Source: a virus
Lineage: Duplodnaviria > Caudoviricetes
Virus record (IMG/VR): IMGVR_UViG_3300017991_000291
Span: 1 to 31,867 of that record
DNA length: 31,867 nucleotides
Direction: 5' to 3' (one strand)
The notes beneath the pieces are model-generated. The model did no database searches, was not told the DNA's origin, and saw nothing but the letters and a program-made list of their open reading frames with translations. Each line of letters starts with the position of its first letter. Positions within the stretch are counted from its first letter, which is position 1. Shown piece after piece: positions 1 through 5,988 of this stretch. The translations under genes and the position numbers were made by a program.

Positions 1-967
1 AAATGTGTTTCAGGGCAACGCGACCAACGGATGCATGCCAGCGTTCGCGTTGTGGGCAAATCACAACGCCTTCCATCATGTGACCAGCTTCGGTCGAAAC
101 GACAGAATCTTGTTCAGCCAACGTCTTAATTGTTTCGATATCCAACGAACCTTGGTGGAGTATCGGAACATGCGGAACATCGTATTCAGACAATTGCTGA
201 AATAGATATTCCTGATCCATCCACAGACCACCCGAACATGCAGCAAATCCAGCGAAAGTGATTTCACCTTTCTTGCGACCATATTTCAGGCTCTGAACAT
301 CGCCAAATGCTTCGCCATATAGAACAGCGCGTTCGTTGTTCTTACACCACTCCTTGACACCAGGAATGTTCTCTATGGCCCTGGCCCAGACATGATTGCC
401 ATCAGGATACAACCATCTGTTTCGAGAACCCATATAAAAAATGCCATCGATCATTGTATAGCGCGCATTGGCTCCATGAATTTTCTCGGTGACAAAAACC
501 TGTTCGCCTTCCGCAATCACGTGCGGAAATCGCTCCAACGACTCGATGTCGAATTTTGGTGCAAATGTCGATGGATACATTTCTTGTGGCATTTCGTCAG
601 CCATTGTGATTTTCACAACAGGCTCCCATCGTTGGATGTCAAGCTCTTCCATCACATTGTCACCAACAGACCTTTCCGCCAGTTCCGCTGGTACTGGAAT
701 AAGAAGACCAAAACTCAACTCACCGCGCAATCTGACTGCTTTAAGACGATGCTTGTCGCGATTCGCCTTTGCCAAGAATGAAAATTCTGGACGATCCGTT
801 GGAACCATATAATCGGGCTCTATATAAACAGCCCGATCACCCTTCTTAAACTCGCCCTTTTTGACAATTGCTTGCCACTGACCAATCGGCACGATTTCCA
901 ATCGGCTCGCATTTGGATGTGGAAGGACATCACCAATTTCGACGATATTTACTGCATGTGTGCTCAT
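1..967 (-). CDS. ATP-dependent RNA ligase (Rnl2/DRB0094-like with N-terminal OB domain), runs off the window edge
   Basis: Manual translation from ATG 967: MSTHAVNIVEIGDVLPHPNASRLEIV..VKKGEFKKGDRAVYIEPD..LRGELSFGLL..VTEKIHGANAR (nucleotidyltransferase motif I, KxHG). Missing from the ORF track because there is no stop in the window. Confidence 0.88.
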   Translation of the reverse strand, partial: MSTHAVNIVEIGDVLPHPNASRLEIVPIGQWQAIVKKGEFKKGDRAVYIEPDYMVPTDRPEFSFLAKANRDKHRLKAVRLRGELSFGLLIPVPAELAERSVGDNVMEELDIQRWEPVVKITMADEMPQEMYPSTFAPKFDIESLERFPHVIAEGEQVFVTEKIHGANARYTMIDGIFYMGSRNRWLYPDGNHVWARAIENIPGVKEWCKNNERAVLYGEAFGDVQSLKYGRKKGEITFAGFAACSGGLWMDQEYLFQQLSEYDVPHVPILHQGSLDIETIKTLAEQDSVVSTEAGHMMEGVVICPQRERWHASVGRVALKHI

Positions 968-979
968 AACAATTTCCTA

Positions 980-1390
980 TCACTTTCTGTTGCGAAGCAA
1001 TTCCTGCGAACTGCCTTTTAGTTCCACTTCTGGAATGATAGCTTGCGGCTTAAACGTCACCGTGTAATGATACCTGCTAACGTCAGCACCTTCAAGCTGT
1101 TCAATCATATACGTGACGTTGTGAGAAAGTCCGAGAAAATGTTTCTTGTACTTCTCTTCTCCGGTTTTGCATGTGACTTCGAGTTGTTTGTCTTGCGTGT
1201 CAGCACGAATAGAACACGCGCCAACGATCTCAAGAAAATACTTGTCTGTAATTCCGTTGATGAAAACAACCCTTCGCATAATACGAAAATTGTCAGCCTC
1301 ATATGACAAATTATGAGACGCTACTTCTGCATCTCTGCAACCAGTCAGCGCGATGGTAACGGCGAGAATTCCTGCAACAATCCACTTCAT
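980..1390 (-). CDS. Phage lipoprotein
   Basis: Signal peptide with lipobox LTGC; S.NLS..ADNF.I.RR.VFINGITD pattern typical of a widespread phage lipoprotein family; GAAGGA RBS. Confidence 0.75.
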   Translation of the reverse strand: MKWIVAGILAVTIALTGCRDAEVASHNLSYEADNFRIMRRVVFINGITDKYFLEIVGACSIRADTQDKQLEVTCKTGEEKYKKHFLGLSHNVTYMIEQLEGADVSRYHYTVTFKPQAIIPEVELKGSSQELLRNRK

Positions 1391-1402
1391 AACAATTTCC
1401 TT

Positions 1403-1534
1403 CTATGGTTTCAGTGTGGAGATATCTGTCGGTACAGTTTCAACAGCCAGCAATCCCACCGACAGAAAAAAGAAAGCGGCTGCGGCGACTAGAAGCAGAA
1501 ACCAATAAACTGTCATCCATTCGTCTCTGTACAT
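1403..1534 (-). CDS. Small membrane protein, 43 aa (MYRDEWMTVYWFLLLVAAAAFFFLSVGLLAV...)
   Basis: Manual translation; GAAAGGA RBS; one hydrophobic helix; fills the gap between neighbours. Confidence 0.55.
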   Translation of the reverse strand: MYRDEWMTVYWFLLLVAAAAFFFLSVGLLAVETVPTDISTLKP

Positions 1535-1549
1535 TTAAACGTCCTTTCG

Positions 1550-1684
1550 TTACGGTAACGTATGAATTACGTCATATGGTGGAGTATACATCACGCTTTG
1601 GTATATAGCAACACTCAAAAAGAAAATCAACATGGCTGCCAGATACCATGATATGTACTTGTTGTTATCGTGCTCATTTTTCAT
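1550..1684 (-). CDS. Small membrane protein, 44 aa (MKNEHDNNKYISWYLAAMLIFF...)
   Basis: ATG lies in the junction of the upstream ORF (GGAGGATTTTGATTATG); one hydrophobic helix. Confidence 0.5.
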   Translation of the reverse strand: MKNEHDNNKYISWYLAAMLIFFLSVAIYQSVMYTPPYDVIHTLP

Positions 1685-1862
1685 AATCAAAATCCTCCAA
1701 TAGTTGCACTTCTTTCCAACGTTGAGCGGAACTTGTATTCTGAAAAACATTACCAAATGTTTTCACCCACACATCATTAGAATATCTAGTGCAATCCGCG
1801 CTGGTTGCAACATAGTAGGTTGCGTGTGTAATTTTTCGCACACATTTATGACTCGAAATCAT
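1674..1862 (-). CDS. Divergent array-A unit, 62 aa, ends QLLEDFDYEK
   Basis: Keeps the family C-terminal junction and overlap geometry; QV repeat not evident. Confidence 0.55.
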   Translation of the reverse strand: MISSHKCVRKITHATYYVATSADCTRYSNDVWVKTFGNVFQNTSSAQRWKEVQLLEDFDYEK

Positions 1863-2034
1863 CTTCCAGCCCTTCGACTATACTATCCCTACATGCAAGG
1901 TTTACTATATTTTCAACGGGTACAAAAACCATATTCACAATGAATGAAGCAAATACGTTGTGTGAAAGAACACCAACAGACCAATTCGCATTGAGCAAGA
2001 TATCACTCAAAATAAGATCAACAAAGCCTCTCAT
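1846..2034 (-). CDS. Divergent array-A unit, 62 aa, ends GLEDDFES
   Basis: Family-like length and C-terminus; ATGA overlap with the upstream ORF. Confidence 0.55.
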   Translation of the reverse strand: MRGFVDLILSDILLNANWSVGVLSHNVFASFIVNMVFVPVENIVNLACRDSIVEGLEDDFES

Positions 2035-2129
2035 CGAAAAATATCCTGCAATTCACCAAAGATTGCAAATGTCTTAACATCGACAACGCCTCTTGATGTA
2101 TGAAGAAACAGAGACAACAACCTATTCAT
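2031..2129 (-). CDS. Short divergent unit, 32 aa (MNRLLSLFLHTSRGVVDVKTFAIFGELQDIFR)
   Basis: Manual translation; starts in the junction of 2122..2325 and ends in an ATGA overlap. Confidence 0.4.
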   Translation of the reverse strand: MNRLLSLFLHTSRGVVDVKTFAIFGELQDIFR

Positions 2130-2325
2130 AATAATCTTCTTTCAATTGCCGCCCGACTCGCAACTCGACTTGATTCCAAACTCGCTCCCAAACTTGCCAC
2201 CCGACTTGCCGCGCGACTTGGCTATCTACTTGCCACCCGACTTGCCGTCTGACTTGCAACCCGACTTGCTCCCAGACTCGGATTTGATTCTCAACTTGCC
2301 GCTCGGCTTGATCTTCACTCATCAT
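2122..2325 (-). CDS. QVxx repeat mini-protein, 67 aa
   Basis: QVENQIRVWEQVGLQVRRQVGWQV...QLKEDYYE. Confidence 0.75.
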   Translation of the reverse strand: MMSEDQAERQVENQIRVWEQVGLQVRRQVGWQVDSQVARQVGWQVWERVWNQVELRVGRQLKEDYYE

Positions 2326-2479
2326 AAAAATCTTCTTTCAATTGCTGCCCGACTTGCTCCCAGACTTGCCGCCAGACTTGCCGTCCGACTTGCAGCCAGA
2401 CTTGCTGCCAGACTTGCCGATCAACTTGTCGCATGACTTGCAGTCTGATTTGCCGCTCAACTTGATCTTCAATCGTCAT
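2315..2479 (-). CDS. QVxx repeat mini-protein, 54 aa (start revised to MTIEDQV)
   Basis: The track's N-terminal extension is the shadow frame of the upstream repeat; ends QQLKEDFYDE. Confidence 0.75.
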   Translation of the reverse strand: MTIEDQVERQIRLQVMRQVDRQVWQQVWLQVGRQVWRQVWEQVGQQLKEDFYDE

Positions 2480-2669
2480 GATAATCTTCTTCCAATTGCC
2501 ACCCGGTTTGCCAATAGACGTGATTCCAAACTCGCTCCCAAACTTGCCACCCGACTTGCCGATAGACTTGATCCCAGACTTGCCGATAGACTTGATCCCA
2601 GACTTGCCGTCTGACTTGCAACCCGACTCGCCACCGGATTTGCCGCTCAACTTGATCTTCAATCGTCAT
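2469..2669 (-). CDS. QVxx repeat mini-protein, 66 aa (MTIEDQVERQIRW...)
   Basis: Start in the conserved junction; ends WQLEEDYHDD. Confidence 0.75.
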   Translation of the reverse strand: MTIEDQVERQIRWRVGLQVRRQVWDQVYRQVWDQVYRQVGWQVWERVWNHVYWQTGWQLEEDYHDD

Positions 2670-2862
2670 AATAATCTTCATCCAATTGTTGTGTGGTTTG
2701 CAGATAAACTTGCTCCCAGGCGTGCGACCATACTTGCCTATAGACTTGCAACCAGATTTGCACCCAGACTTGCCGCTCGACTTGCCACATGATTTGCTGC
2801 TCGACGTGCTGCCCGACTCGCTGATATATTTGATGCTTGATTTGGTGATCTTCACTCATCAT
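2659..2862 (-). CDS. QVxx repeat mini-protein, 67 aa (MMSEDHQIKHQ...)
   Basis: Start in junction; ends QQLDEDYYDD. Confidence 0.75.
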   Translation of the reverse strand: MMSEDHQIKHQIYQRVGQHVEQQIMWQVERQVWVQIWLQVYRQVWSHAWEQVYLQTTQQLDEDYYDD

Positions 2863-2968
2863 AATAGTCTTCACCCAATTGCTCCCAAACCTGCCACCAA
2901 ACATGCCGCCAGACTTGATCCTCAACTTGCGGCCAAATTTGCTTATCTACTTGTTCTTTACTCATCAT
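2852..2968 (-). CDS. QVxx repeat mini-protein, 38 aa (MMSKEQVDKQ...)
   Basis: Start in junction; ends EQLGEDYYDE. Confidence 0.7.
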   Translation of the reverse strand: MMSKEQVDKQIWPQVEDQVWRHVWWQVWEQLGEDYYDE

Positions 2969-3140
2969 AATCATCTCTGACTTGCTGCCTCGCTTGCCGC
3001 CTGACTCGATCCTCAACTTGCCGCCAGACTTGCCACCAAACTTGCCGCCTGAATTGCCATTCGACTTGTTCCTCGACTTGCAGTCCGATTTGCTGCCTGA
3101 CTTGCCGCCTGACTCGATTATCAATCCTTTCGTTATGCAT
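2958..3140 (-). CDS. QVxx repeat mini-protein, 60 aa (MHNERIDNRVRRQV...)
   Basis: ATG at 3140; ends QQVRDDYDE. Confidence 0.75.
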   Translation of the reverse strand: MHNERIDNRVRRQVRQQIGLQVEEQVEWQFRRQVWWQVWRQVEDRVRRQARQQVRDDYDE

Positions 3141-3366
3141 CAAAATCTTCTTTCAGTTGTGGCTTGATGCGCGCCGCGATGCACCCCCTGACTTGGACCT
3201 CAACATCCCATTCAACACGCATCCTAAGTGGCAACCAGACTTGTTCTCTGATTTGTTTCCAATCATCTTGATCATAGATTTGATACCTGAGTTTATCCCA
3301 GACTTGCTGATTGACTTGCCGCCAGAATTGGTGTGTGACTTGTCGCTTAACTTGTTCGTTCATCAT
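3133..3366 (-). CDS. QVxx repeat mini-protein, 77 aa, first intact unit of array A
   Basis: MMNEQVKRQVTHQFWRQVNQQVWD...PQLKEDFDA. Confidence 0.75.
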   Translation of the reverse strand: MMNEQVKRQVTHQFWRQVNQQVWDKLRYQIYDQDDWKQIREQVWLPLRMRVEWDVEVQVRGCIAARIKPQLKEDFDA

Positions 3367-3400
3367 AATCTTATCCCAATTGCCATCTGCTACATGCCTA

Positions 3401-3487
3401 GCAATTCTCTATTGTAGGGTGCCCCATCGGATGATTGAAATGGAACTCTTCGGGCATTGCCCAGGACACCCTACAATAGAGAATTGC
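3401..3487. repeat. Perfect 21-bp inverted repeat with 45-nt spacer
   Basis: gcaattctctattgtagggtg (3401-3421) and caccctacaatagagaattgc (3467-3487); extends 4 more pairs, two of them G-U, on the minus-strand RNA. Confidence 0.9.
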
Positions 3488-3671
3488 GCCTCGTGTGCAT
3501 TTCCCATTCAGCATAATTAATCAGTCTAGTGATTTGCCGAATGCCTTTCTCTGTCATCACAACCCACCCGCCCAATGCAGAAGGGCAGACAACGATCCAT
3601 AGCCGGTGTGGTGCAATTGCATGGAAAACGGTGTCACCAACCTGTATGTCGTTATACTGCCCTTCTGTCAT
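3471..3671 (-). CDS. Hypothetical protein, 66 aa (MTEGQYNDIQVGDTV...)
   Basis: ATG 1 nt after the AAA ATPase stop; IQVGDTV start is typical of small SH3-like phage proteins. Confidence 0.55.
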   Translation of the reverse strand: MTEGQYNDIQVGDTVFHAIAPHRLWIVVCPSALGGWVVMTEKGIRQITRLINYAEWEMHTRRNSLL

Positions 3672-3672
3672 A

Positions 3673-4650
3673 TTAGCGCTTCCTGCATGTCGTTGCGCGT
3701 GCAATTTTTAACCAATTGCCCTGTCCGCTCTGACGAATTTCTCCGACTTTAATCGCGGTTCGTAGAGACAATTCACGCAACTGATTTGCATACTTTTCGA
3801 TGAAGTGAATGACATCTTCGATTTCGTTAGGGCTTAGCCCGTTTGAAGAAAGCATGCCTTCACGGATCACCTGCTTGATGCGAACGATGTAGTCTTGCCT
3901 CGTTTTCATATCCAGATCGATATAGTGTGAACGTGAGAGCATTGCCTTGAAGTGCGGTGCGTTGCGATGTTCACGTTCAATCATCGCATCGAAATCCAGA
4001 TTTGTGATGAAAATGATTGTGCCTTCGAAAGTGAAGGTTTTGGGGATCATTTCACCATTGTCGTCATCTTTCATTCTCCGCTCTGACATATAACTCACGT
4101 TGCGCTTCTTGCTCGTATCCAGAACAGCCTTGAGGATATTTAAGCTGGTCTCGTCATTGAATACACTGTCAGCGTCGTCGAAGATAATCACTTCACCAGC
4201 ATGCCGATGCTTGTAAAGCATTCGATAAAGACCAGTCGGCCTGACATAACCCTTGATCAGCGAATGTCGCTCACCATTCGCATCCCATTCTGCCAGCGCC
4301 TCTTCGACGCTGAACGACTTTCCAAGACCAGGAGGACCAGCAACGATCATGCTGCGAAGCCCACCCTTGAGTGCATCATCGATCAGATACGAGAGAATTT
4401 CAAAACTCTCGCGAATGTTCTTATCGACTTCTTCGTCAGTCAGACGCGGCTCGCCTTCGAATGCGGTTGGTGCCGTTCTGCTGATCAGTTCGTTGCGGTT
4501 GGATGGTTTTGCATCTACCGCATCATAATAACCCTCGATGGGGCTTTCGGTTTCGTTCTTCTTCTTGCTGCTCTTGCGCCACATGGCGGCACTGAGAGCA
4601 AGTGCCGATGCGCTCGTCAGGAGCGCTACGTACAAATACATGTCAATCAT
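3673..4650 (-). CDS. AAA+ ATPase with N-terminal hydrophobic anchor
   Basis: Walker A GPPGLGKS, Walker B IIFDDAD, sensor IFITN; AAAGGA RBS. Confidence 0.85.
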   Translation of the reverse strand: MIDMYLYVALLTSASALALSAAMWRKSSKKKNETESPIEGYYDAVDAKPSNRNELISRTAPTAFEGEPRLTDEEVDKNIRESFEILSYLIDDALKGGLRSMIVAGPPGLGKSFSVEEALAEWDANGERHSLIKGYVRPTGLYRMLYKHRHAGEVIIFDDADSVFNDETSLNILKAVLDTSKKRNVSYMSERRMKDDDNGEMIPKTFTFEGTIIFITNLDFDAMIEREHRNAPHFKAMLSRSHYIDLDMKTRQDYIVRIKQVIREGMLSSNGLSPNEIEDVIHFIEKYANQLRELSLRTAIKVGEIRQSGQGNWLKIARATTCRKR

Positions 4651-4663
4651 GTTGTGTTCCTTT

Positions 4664-4709
4664 CTTCATCCGATGATTAGATCATATGCCAATCATCGGA
4701 TGAAGTCAA
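4664..4709 (-). promoter_or_regulatory. Sigma70-type promoter inside a perfect 15-bp inverted repeat
   Basis: TTGACT (4709-4704), 17 nt, TATGAT (4686-4681); arms cttcatccgatgatt (4664-4678) and aatcatcggatgaag (4691-4705). Confidence 0.8.
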
Positions 4710-4717
4710 GAGATTTT

Positions 4718-5020
4718 TCAACGAACCTGTACGCGCGTCACGATGGTCTGCTTCTCATCCCGCCATTCGCTGTGTTCCTTGATCGTGAACACCACATCCG
4801 CCGTATCACCGACTGCTAGACGACAAACGCCGAAGGTTTTGATGCAATTGCCGTTTTCGTCGCGGAGCGTTGTTATTACCCCACCGCCATAGCGACTTTC
4901 GTAGTGGTGCTTGTGTTCACACGTTACCCTGCTCGCCAAGCGCTTTCCAGGATAGCCAACCCAATTGGAATTCCGCTTGATCTCGGCAAGCTTGGCTTGC
5001 TTGGCAGCTTTCTCTTCTGC
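4718..5020 (-). pseudogene. 5'-truncated gene: C-terminal OB-fold-like domain of a common phage protein
   Basis: SNWVGYPGKR..RYG..LRDENGN..GDT..TIKEHSEWRDEKQTIVTR; sequence upstream of about 5020 is QV repeat in another frame, and the frame has no ATG. Confidence 0.55.
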
Positions 5021-5094
5021 CAATCGACTTGCTGCTCGCCTTGCCGCCAGACTTGCCAATCGATTTGCCGCCCGACTTGTTCTTCAATCTTCAT
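4924..5094 (-). pseudogene. Truncated QVxx unit (26 repeat residues) fused out of frame to the downstream gene
   Basis: MKIEEQVGRQIDWQVWRQGEQQVDWQ then non-repeat tail; first ~70 nt nearly identical to the start of 5084..5281. Confidence 0.65.
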
Positions 5095-5281
5095 AATCTT
5101 TTTCCAATTGCCACCGGACTTGCCACCTGACTTGCTGCCAGACTTGCCACCGTACTCGCCGCCAGACTTGCTGCCAGACTTTATTATTGACTTGCCACCT
5201 GACTTGCCGCACGACTTGCTGCTCGCCTTGCCGCCAGACTTGCCAATCGATTTGCCGCCTGATTTGCTCTTCAATCTTCAT
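5084..5281 (-). CDS. QVxx repeat mini-protein, 65 aa (array B)
   Basis: MKIEEQIRRQIDWQVWRQ...WQLEKDYED; 9 Trp and 15 Gln. Confidence 0.75.
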   Translation of the reverse strand: MKIEEQIRRQIDWQVWRQGEQQVVRQVRWQVNNKVWQQVWRRVRWQVWQQVRWQVRWQLEKDYED

Positions 5282-5298
5282 AATCGCTATCCAATTGC

Positions 5299-5375
5299 TG
5301 GTCGGGGCACGAGGATTTGAACCCCGGACCCCTTGCTCCCAAAGCAAGTGCTCTACCAAGCTGAGCTATACCCCG
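5299..5375 (-). tRNA. tRNA-Pro(TGG)
   Basis: CGGGGTATAGCTCAGCTTGGTAGAGCA-CTTGC-TTTGGGA-GCAAG-GGGTCCGGGGTTCAAATCCTCGTGCCCCGACCA; cloverleaf with encoded CCA. Confidence 0.96.
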
Positions 5376-5382
5376 AGAGGCA

Positions 5383-5763
5383 TTACGCCTCAACAGCAAC
5401 CCACTGATAACCATCGTGTTCGACGATATACTCGACGCCACTGGCTTTGATGCTTTCCACGCCATCCAGGCTGATGCGACGAAACGCACCCTTGTTGCCG
5501 TCACGATCTTTCTTCTGCATGTCATATACCGTAATGACATTGTTCGCAGCATCGCTTCCTGCTCGAACGCCTTCCGCGAGACGATATCCAGCAGCCTTTT
5601 TTGTAGCAGGCACGCCGAAACGATATGTGCTGGTGTAGATAGCACCCGCCGGTTCCACGACTTCACCAGCAACAACCTTGTCGTGCTTGCGACGAGTAGT
5701 CACCGAGAAGATGGTGCTTGTTTCTTGAAGCTCTGCGAAGAGTTGTTCGACTGACTTGCTCAT
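5383..5763 (-). CDS. Hypothetical protein, possible SH3/WYL-like beta-barrel (start revised to MSKSVEQ)
   Basis: GAAAGGA RBS; ITVYDMQK..GAFRRISLD motif; has its own promoter. Confidence 0.65.
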   Translation of the reverse strand: MSKSVEQLFAELQETSTIFSVTTRRKHDKVVAGEVVEPAGAIYTSTYRFGVPATKKAAGYRLAEGVRAGSDAANNVITVYDMQKKDRDGNKGAFRRISLDGVESIKASGVEYIVEHDGYQWVAVEA

Positions 5764-5791
5764 TGTGTTTCCTTTCGCTGTTCGATGATCA

Positions 5792-5830
5792 TTTATCGCA
5801 CATCCAAAGGAGCATGTCAACAACTTTTTT
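5792..5830 (-). promoter_or_regulatory. Early (sigma70-type) promoter
   Basis: AAAAAAGTTG-TTGACA (5820-5815), 17 nt ending GATGTGC, GATAAA (5797-5792). Confidence 0.75.
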
Positions 5831-5836
5831 GCGAAT

Positions 5837-5911
5837 TGGTACGCGTGGCTGGATTCGAACCAGCAACCTAGTGGTTATGAGCCACTGGCTCTACCGTTGA
5901 GCTACACGCGT
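5837..5911 (-). tRNA. tRNA with CAT anticodon (elongator Met or Ile2)
   Basis: ACGCGTG..AGTGG-CTCATAA-CCACT..GGTTCGAATCC..CACGCGTACCA; lacks the initiator GGG/CCC anticodon stem. Confidence 0.92.
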
Positions 5912-5912
5912 A

Positions 5913-5988
5913 TGGTGCCGAGTGAGGGACTTGAACCCCCAACCACCTGATTACAAATCAGGTGCACTACCAGTTGTGCTAACTCGGC
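5913..5988 (-). tRNA. tRNA-Thr(TGT)
   Basis: GCCGAGT..CCTGA-TTTGTAA-TCAGG..GGTTCAAGTCC..ACTCGGCACCA. Confidence 0.95.

Larger units (their letters stand above)
1674..3400 (-). repeat. Array A: tandem QVxx mini-gene array (7 canonical and 3 divergent units plus a 5' junction stub)
   Basis: 12-bp periodic repeat (coding consensus about CAAGTCTGGCGG; plus strand gacttgccgcca) interrupted every ~100-230 bp by the junction CAATTG-N3-GAAGATTAT-NATGA. Confidence 0.9.

Noticed and set aside
1674-3400. Classical integron cassette array
   Set aside because: No intI and no non-coding palindromic attC with GTTRRRY/RYYYAAC ends; the units overlap each other.
2146-3417. Plus-strand PDLL/ARLA-repeat ORFs and minus-strand KSGG-repeat N-terminal extensions (also at 4904-5450, 26035-26394 and 28056-31146)
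   Set aside because: Shadow frames kept open by the 12-nt repeat; they lack RBS and coupling, whereas the QV frame has a consistent start and stop geometry.
3401-3487. Retron msr-msd or IS/MITE end
   Set aside because: No RT or transposase nearby, no target-site duplication seen, and a single copy in the window; kept only as an unexplained hairpin.
5271-5675. ORFs reading through tRNA genes (5271..5675, the 5' extension of 5084..5359, 5718..5900, 5922..6362)
   Set aside because: They overlap clear tRNA cloverleaves or better-supported genes.
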